From Abditibacteriaceae bacterium (GTDB lineage: Bacteria; Armatimonadota; Abditibacteriia; Abditibacteriales; Abditibacteriaceae): a stretch of 64,000 nucleotides of DNA. The stretch covers positions 3,008,001 to 3,072,000 of the forward strand of contig OZ255721.1 in NCBI GenBank assembly GCA_965277285.1, read 5' to 3'. Within the stretch, counting starts at the first letter, position 1, and each line of letters begins with the position of its first letter. The notes under the pieces were generated by a model, which worked only from the letters and a program-made list of their open reading frames with translations, searched no databases and was not told where the DNA came from. Positions 60,214 through 64,000 of this stretch are shown here, one piece after another. The translations under genes and the position numbers were made by a program.

Positions 60214-61356
60214 ATGTCCCGCGACGAACACCTTGACGACCTTCCAGCGGGCGCCGATGTGCGCGTTACGTTGTCGCGCCGCGAACTCAGTCGTGCGCGT
60301 CGTCAACGCCAAGGGCGAAATCGAAAGATTGGTGCGTTGCTCTTTGTCGTGTTGCTGATAGCTTTTCTTCGCTGGCATTCGCCACAAGCGCCCGGACTTG
60401 TTGTCGCATGGCCAAACTCTCAAAAGTGGGGTAGCGCGACCTTGGAAAACGGCGCGACCGTGGTGATTCGCGCCGGGCAACCGTTTGTGGTTTCGCTGTC
60501 GAACCCGAACGATTGGGATGTTTCGTGGCATTATACGGGCGTGACGGGCGAAGGTTTGCCAATTACGTGGCCGGCTGCGGGCAGCGTGGACAAACTCGAA
60601 TTACATTGCCATGCGCGACCTCGGGGCTGGCAAAAATGGGTTTCGTGGCTGTGGCCGACGCGACAATTATTTTTGCAGGGAACGGCGCCCGTTGCTCTCA
60701 GTGATCGGCGTTTTGTAGTTGTGCCTTTGCCTGGCGCACCGATTCGCTTGTCGTCGCGCGTGGTTGCGACGCACGAAGTTTCACCCGAAGCGCGCTGGGA
60801 CGAACGCGCTTTGCCACTTTTGGAAGAAGCCGCACGCGATGCGAAAACGTTGTCGGTGGGCGCGACCTGGACAATTGTCACTGCGCCGTCGCAGCGCAGT
60901 CTGGTGGGACAATCGAGTACTCGAACGCCTCTGCGCAGCGCGGACGCAGCGAACGCTCCGGGTATGAGTTCCACGCCCGACGACACCGCGACATATGCGA
61001 TTCTTTCGCCCGAATCGTTCCGCGACGCGACGCAATCTTTGACCGAATGCGCGCAGATTATCGCCTTGCGCGCGCCGCAAACCAGCATCAAATGGCTGGC
61101 GCGCGAGAAACCTACTGGCGACCAACCGCGCGCCGTGTTATGGCTCGACTTCAAGCCGATTGTCGCCGCCAAAACAACGCGACATCGACGGCGACATCAC
61201 CAATCGGATACTTCCATCGGAGCGCGCAGCGGCTGGGTCGTGCGCGCGGGCGATGTCAAAGCGACGCCCGTCGATTGGTGGAGCGCTTTGCCTTTGTCTT
61301 CTCAAAACGTCAATGCCACGCCGCAACCAACGCCCGAAATCTCGCCGCGCGATTAA
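60214..61356 (+). CDS. Hypothetical membrane-anchored protein
   Basis: 380-aa ORF with a single TM near the N-terminus. Confidence 0.7.
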   Translation: MSRDEHLDDLPAGADVRVTLSRRELSRARRQRQGRNRKIGALLFVVLLIAFLRWHSPQAPGLVVAWPNSQKWGSATLENGATVVIRAGQPFVVSLSNPNDWDVSWHYTGVTGEGLPITWPAAGSVDKLELHCHARPRGWQKWVSWLWPTRQLFLQGTAPVALSDRRFVVVPLPGAPIRLSSRVVATHEVSPEARWDERALPLLEEAARDAKTLSVGATWTIVTAPSQRSLVGQSSTRTPLRSADAANAPGMSSTPDDTATYAILSPESFRDATQSLTECAQIIALRAPQTSIKWLAREKPTGDQPRAVLWLDFKPIVAAKTTRHRRRHHQSDTSIGARSGWVVRAGDVKATPVDWWSALPLSSQNVNATPQPTPEISPRD

Positions 61357-61357
61357 A

Positions 61358-61471
61358 CCGGCGGATAAATTCGCCGCCAGAGAAAGCTGTCGACCTTCGT
61401 CGACACCATCCGATTCAAGCCGTGTCGGGTTCAGCCTGACACCTTTCTCTGGCGGCGAATTTATTCGCTGG
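61358..61471. repeat. Inverted-repeat element, architecture like family C
   Basis: CCGGCGGATAAATTCGCCGCCAGAGAAAG ... CTTTCTCTGGCGGCGAATTTATTCGCTGG. Confidence 0.85.
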
Positions 61472-61555
61472 CGAGTACTCGATTGCAGCGCTCTCAAACA
61501 TCTGCCTGAAAAATCTGTGATAAAATAAGCGGACGTTTCGTTTGTTTTCACGCTT

Positions 61556-62443
61556 ATGAACACTTCACCTTTTGGCTCTTTAGTCACCGCGATGGTTTCG
61601 CCGTTCGCCTCGAATGGCATGCTCGACCTGGATCGCGCGCGGCAATTGGCGCAGCATCTGGTTGAAAACGCTTCGACGGGTTTGGTCGTGGCGGGCACAA
61701 CCGGCGAAAGCCCGACGCTTTCTCACGACGAGAAATTGCAGCTTTTTCGCGCCGTCAAAGAAGCCGTCCGCGTTCCGGTTATCGCCAACGTCGGCTCCAA
61801 TAATACACAAAGTTCAGTCGAAATGGCGCGCGAATCGGCTGAAATTGGCGTGGATGCGCTGCTCGCCGTCGTGCCGTATTACAACAAGCCGAGCCAGGAA
61901 GGTTTGTATCAACATTTCAAAGCGATTGCGAATGCCACGCCTTTGCCAGTTGTGCTGTACAACTTGCCGGGACGCACTTCGCGCAACATGGAAGCGGCGA
62001 CAACCGCGCGCCTGAGCGAAATTCCCAACATCATCGGAACCAAGGAATCGAGCGGCGACCCGACACAATGGGCGCGCACCAAAATGCTGGCGAAAACCGA
62101 TTTCCTGCTGATGAGCGGCAACGATTCCGACACTTTGCCGATGCTGGCCTTGGGCGCGGTCGGCGTGGTTTCGGTGATTTCGCACATCGCCGGACAGCAA
62201 ATGAAGCAAATGGTGGACGCTTTCTGGAGCGGCGATTTGAAGACGGCGCTGGAGATTCATTGTCGATTATTGCCCGTTGTCGATGCGCTGTTTCCGCCGT
62301 CTTCGTCGAATCCGATTCCGCTGAAAGCCGCGCTGAAGTTGCAAGGCTTCGATTGCGGCGGCCTGCGCTTGCCTTTGGTGGATGCAACCAAAAGCGAAAT
62401 TGAAACCGTGCGCACGGCGATGACGAATGCGGGATTGTTGTAA
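61556..62443 (+). CDS. dapA: 4-hydroxy-tetrahydrodipicolinate synthase
   Basis: GTTGESPTL, PYYNKPSQEG, LYNLPGRT, GTKESSG. Confidence 0.96.
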   Translation: MNTSPFGSLVTAMVSPFASNGMLDLDRARQLAQHLVENASTGLVVAGTTGESPTLSHDEKLQLFRAVKEAVRVPVIANVGSNNTQSSVEMARESAEIGVDALLAVVPYYNKPSQEGLYQHFKAIANATPLPVVLYNLPGRTSRNMEAATTARLSEIPNIIGTKESSGDPTQWARTKMLAKTDFLLMSGNDSDTLPMLALGAVGVVSVISHIAGQQMKQMVDAFWSGDLKTALEIHCRLLPVVDALFPPSSSNPIPLKAALKLQGFDCGGLRLPLVDATKSEIETVRTAMTNAGLL

Positions 62444-62456
62444 CAAAGTACAGGCT

Positions 62457-62542
62457 AACGAACCCTGAGCGTAAGCGACGGGCTTGAGTAAGAATTACAT
62501 AGAACTGCAAGTTAAGCCCGTCGCTTACGCTCAGGGTTCGTT
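62457..62542. repeat. Family B hairpin repeat
   Basis: AACGAACCCTGAGCGTAAGCGACGGGCTT...AAGCCCGTCGCTTACGCTCAGGGTTCGTT. Confidence 0.9.
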
Positions 62543-62559
62543 GAGAATCGAGTACTCGA

Positions 62560-62964
62560 ATGATTGAATATCGCTTTAGTGAAAAATTGGATGTTGAAGC
62601 GGCGCGCGATCTTTATCGCAGTTGCACTTTGGGCGCGCGTCGCCCGATTGAAGACGCGACGCGATTTTCGCAAATGTTGCAGAGCGCAAATTTAATCGTC
62701 GCGGCGTGGGAAGATGACCTTCTGGTCGGCATCGCGCGCACTTTAACCGATTGGAGTTACGTGTCTTACGTCGCGGATTTGGCGGTGCGAGAATCGCATC
62801 AAAAGCGCGGCATCGGAACTGAACTGCTACGCAAAACACGCGAAGCGGCGCCGCGAGCGCAACTCGTTTTGTTCGCCGCGCCGCAAGCTGTCGATTATTA
62901 CGAGCGCATCGGTTTTACGCGGCATCCCGCGGGCTGGGTGTTGAAACCCGACGAAGTGTTATAG
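62560..62964 (+). CDS. GNAT acetyltransferase
   Basis: LVGIAR, DLAVRESHQKRGIG, YYERIGF. Confidence 0.92.
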   Translation: MIEYRFSEKLDVEAARDLYRSCTLGARRPIEDATRFSQMLQSANLIVAAWEDDLLVGIARTLTDWSYVSYVADLAVRESHQKRGIGTELLRKTREAAPRAQLVLFAAPQAVDYYERIGFTRHPAGWVLKPDEVL

Positions 62965-63006
62965 CGTCGTTCTTTGCGGTTGTTGGTGCGCAAATCGAGT
63001 ACTCGA

Positions 63007-63678
63007 ATGGACAAAATCACCATCCTGCAAGAACTGGGCGAAGAAATTAAGACGTGCCCGAAATGTCGCCTGGCGCAAACGCGCACGCACGCTGTTCCAG
63101 GCGAAGGTTCGCCGCGCGCGAGTGTGATGTTCGTCGGCGAAGGGCCGGGCGAAAACGAAGACAAAACCGGTCGGCCTTTCGTCGGGCAAGCCGGAAAGTT
63201 CTTGAACGGTTTGCTGGAAAAAGCGGGAATCGCGCGCGATGAAGTCTTCATTACCAACATCGTGAAATGCCGTCCTCCGGAAAACCGCGTGCCTTTGGAC
63301 GATGAAGTCGAAGCGTGCTCCGATTACTTGATGGCGCAAATCGCTGTTATCGAACCGAAGTTCGTGATTCCTTTGGGCGCCGCCGCCCTGAAAACGTTGC
63401 TTGGCGGAGATTTGAAAATTACGCAGGTGCGTTGCAAAGTGTTTCGCAAAAGCGGCATTTTGTATATTCCGCTTTATCATCCGGCTGCGGCGCTGCATCG
63501 TTCGCAGTTGGTGGAAACGCTGCAAGCTGATATTTTGACGTTGCGCGAATTGCTCAACCGCGAATTGCGCGAAGACGAAATCACTGATTTAAGCGCGGTT
63601 GTGACCAAACCAAAGCGCGAATCGAGTACTCGAAGTGCGCCCGATAAGCCGCCAGAAGAAACGTTGTCGTTGTTTTAA
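63007..63678 (+). CDS. Uracil-DNA glycosylase family 4
   Basis: CPKCRL, VGEGPGENED, PFVG, NIVKCRPP, YHPAA. Confidence 0.93.
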   Translation: MDKITILQELGEEIKTCPKCRLAQTRTHAVPGEGSPRASVMFVGEGPGENEDKTGRPFVGQAGKFLNGLLEKAGIARDEVFITNIVKCRPPENRVPLDDEVEACSDYLMAQIAVIEPKFVIPLGAAALKTLLGGDLKITQVRCKVFRKSGILYIPLYHPAAALHRSQLVETLQADILTLRELLNRELREDEITDLSAVVTKPKRESSTRSAPDKPPEETLSLF

Positions 63679-63703
63679 GTGGACGAATCAAACTACGAGT
63701 TTG

Positions 63704-63765
63704 GTCATTCTGAGTGTAACGAAGAATCTAACTACAATTAGATTCTTCGCTGCGCTCAGAATGAC
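63704..63765. repeat. Family A hairpin repeat
   Basis: GTCATTCTGAGTGTAACGAAGAATCTAA...TTAGATTCTTCGCTGCGCTCAGAATGAC. Confidence 0.9.
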
Positions 63766-63790
63766 AAACTGATAGTTACATACAGAGATA

Positions 63791-64000
63791 ATGGTGCCAA
63801 AAACATATTACGTTTACATCATGTCGAATTATTCACATCGGCTTTATATTGGAATGACGAACGATTTGGCACGGCGCGTTTATGAACATAAGAACAAGCT
63901 GGTTAGTGGTTTCAGTAGTCGCTACGATTTAACGCATTTGGTTTATTACGAAGTTTTCGGAACGTCGTTGGAAGCTATTGCGAGAGAAAAGCAGTTGAAA
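63791..64000 (+). CDS. Small GIY-YIG nuclease (partial; not in the ORF track)
   Basis: MVPKTYYVYIMSNYSHRLYIGMTNDLARRVYEHK...LVYYE...AIAREKQLK. Confidence 0.9.
   Translation, partial: MVPKTYYVYIMSNYSHRLYIGMTNDLARRVYEHKNKLVSGFSSRYDLTHLVYYEVFGTSLEAIAREKQLK

Larger units (their letters stand above)
2964..63633. repeat. Highly iterated dispersed 12-bp palindrome TCGAGTACTCGA
   Basis: Perfect copies start at 2964, 4818, 5915, 7276, 8464, 10065, 11167, 11963, 13698, 14746, 18991, 19329, 19653, 20353, 20964, 23080, 24691, 25112, 26025, 26938, 28369, 29259, 30579, 31715, 32734, 35405, 36468, 36869, 39133, 39619, 43139, 45164, 45764, 47341, 48265, 49469, 49833, 51055, 51559, 53330, 55798, 57065, 58951, 60913, 62548, 62995, 63622 (manual count 47). 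Confidence 0.97.

Noticed and set aside
2964..63633. 12-bp palindrome as a linker/adapter or assembly artefact
   Set aside because: Copies keep reading frames intact, encode expected residues of conserved enzymes (Tkt VRVLDV, DapB MIRVLV, ArnA RVLVLG) and show natural single-base variants.

Overview
Bacterial chromosomal segment, mostly housekeeping genes. A 20S proteasome alpha subunit, a PafA-type ligase, a lipid A arn cluster and DapL together suggest a diderm Terrabacteria lineage such as Armatimonadota/Abditibacteriota (inference only). Recognisable genes: prcA, pafA, an ECF sigma/anti-sigma pair, an RsbW/RsbV-like pair, rsmE, prmA, sodA, an HtrA protease, hslV, rbsK, tkt, dtd, tRNA-Thr(CGT), arnT/B/C/A/D, two GH26-like hydrolases, dapL, dapF, miaA, rpsO-pnp-M16 peptidase-dapB-asd-dapA, a uracil-DNA glycosylase and a partial GIY-YIG nuclease. 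The outstanding signal is non-genic: the 12-bp palindrome TCGAGTACTCGA. By manual count it occurs about 47 times perfectly plus about 20 one-mismatch copies, against about 0.004 expected at uniform base composition. It lies in intergenic gaps and inside conserved genes in all three frames (SSTR, xEYS, RVLD/E), often brackets whole genes, and twice forms RNA hairpins. It behaves like a HIP1/DUS-type highly iterated motif but matches none I know. The window also holds at least five REP/MITE-like hairpin families (one flanking a decayed GxxExxY gene, one next to the GIY-YIG gene) and many short tandem duplications. All counts and coordinates were read by eye; protein calls rest on recalled motifs, not searches.
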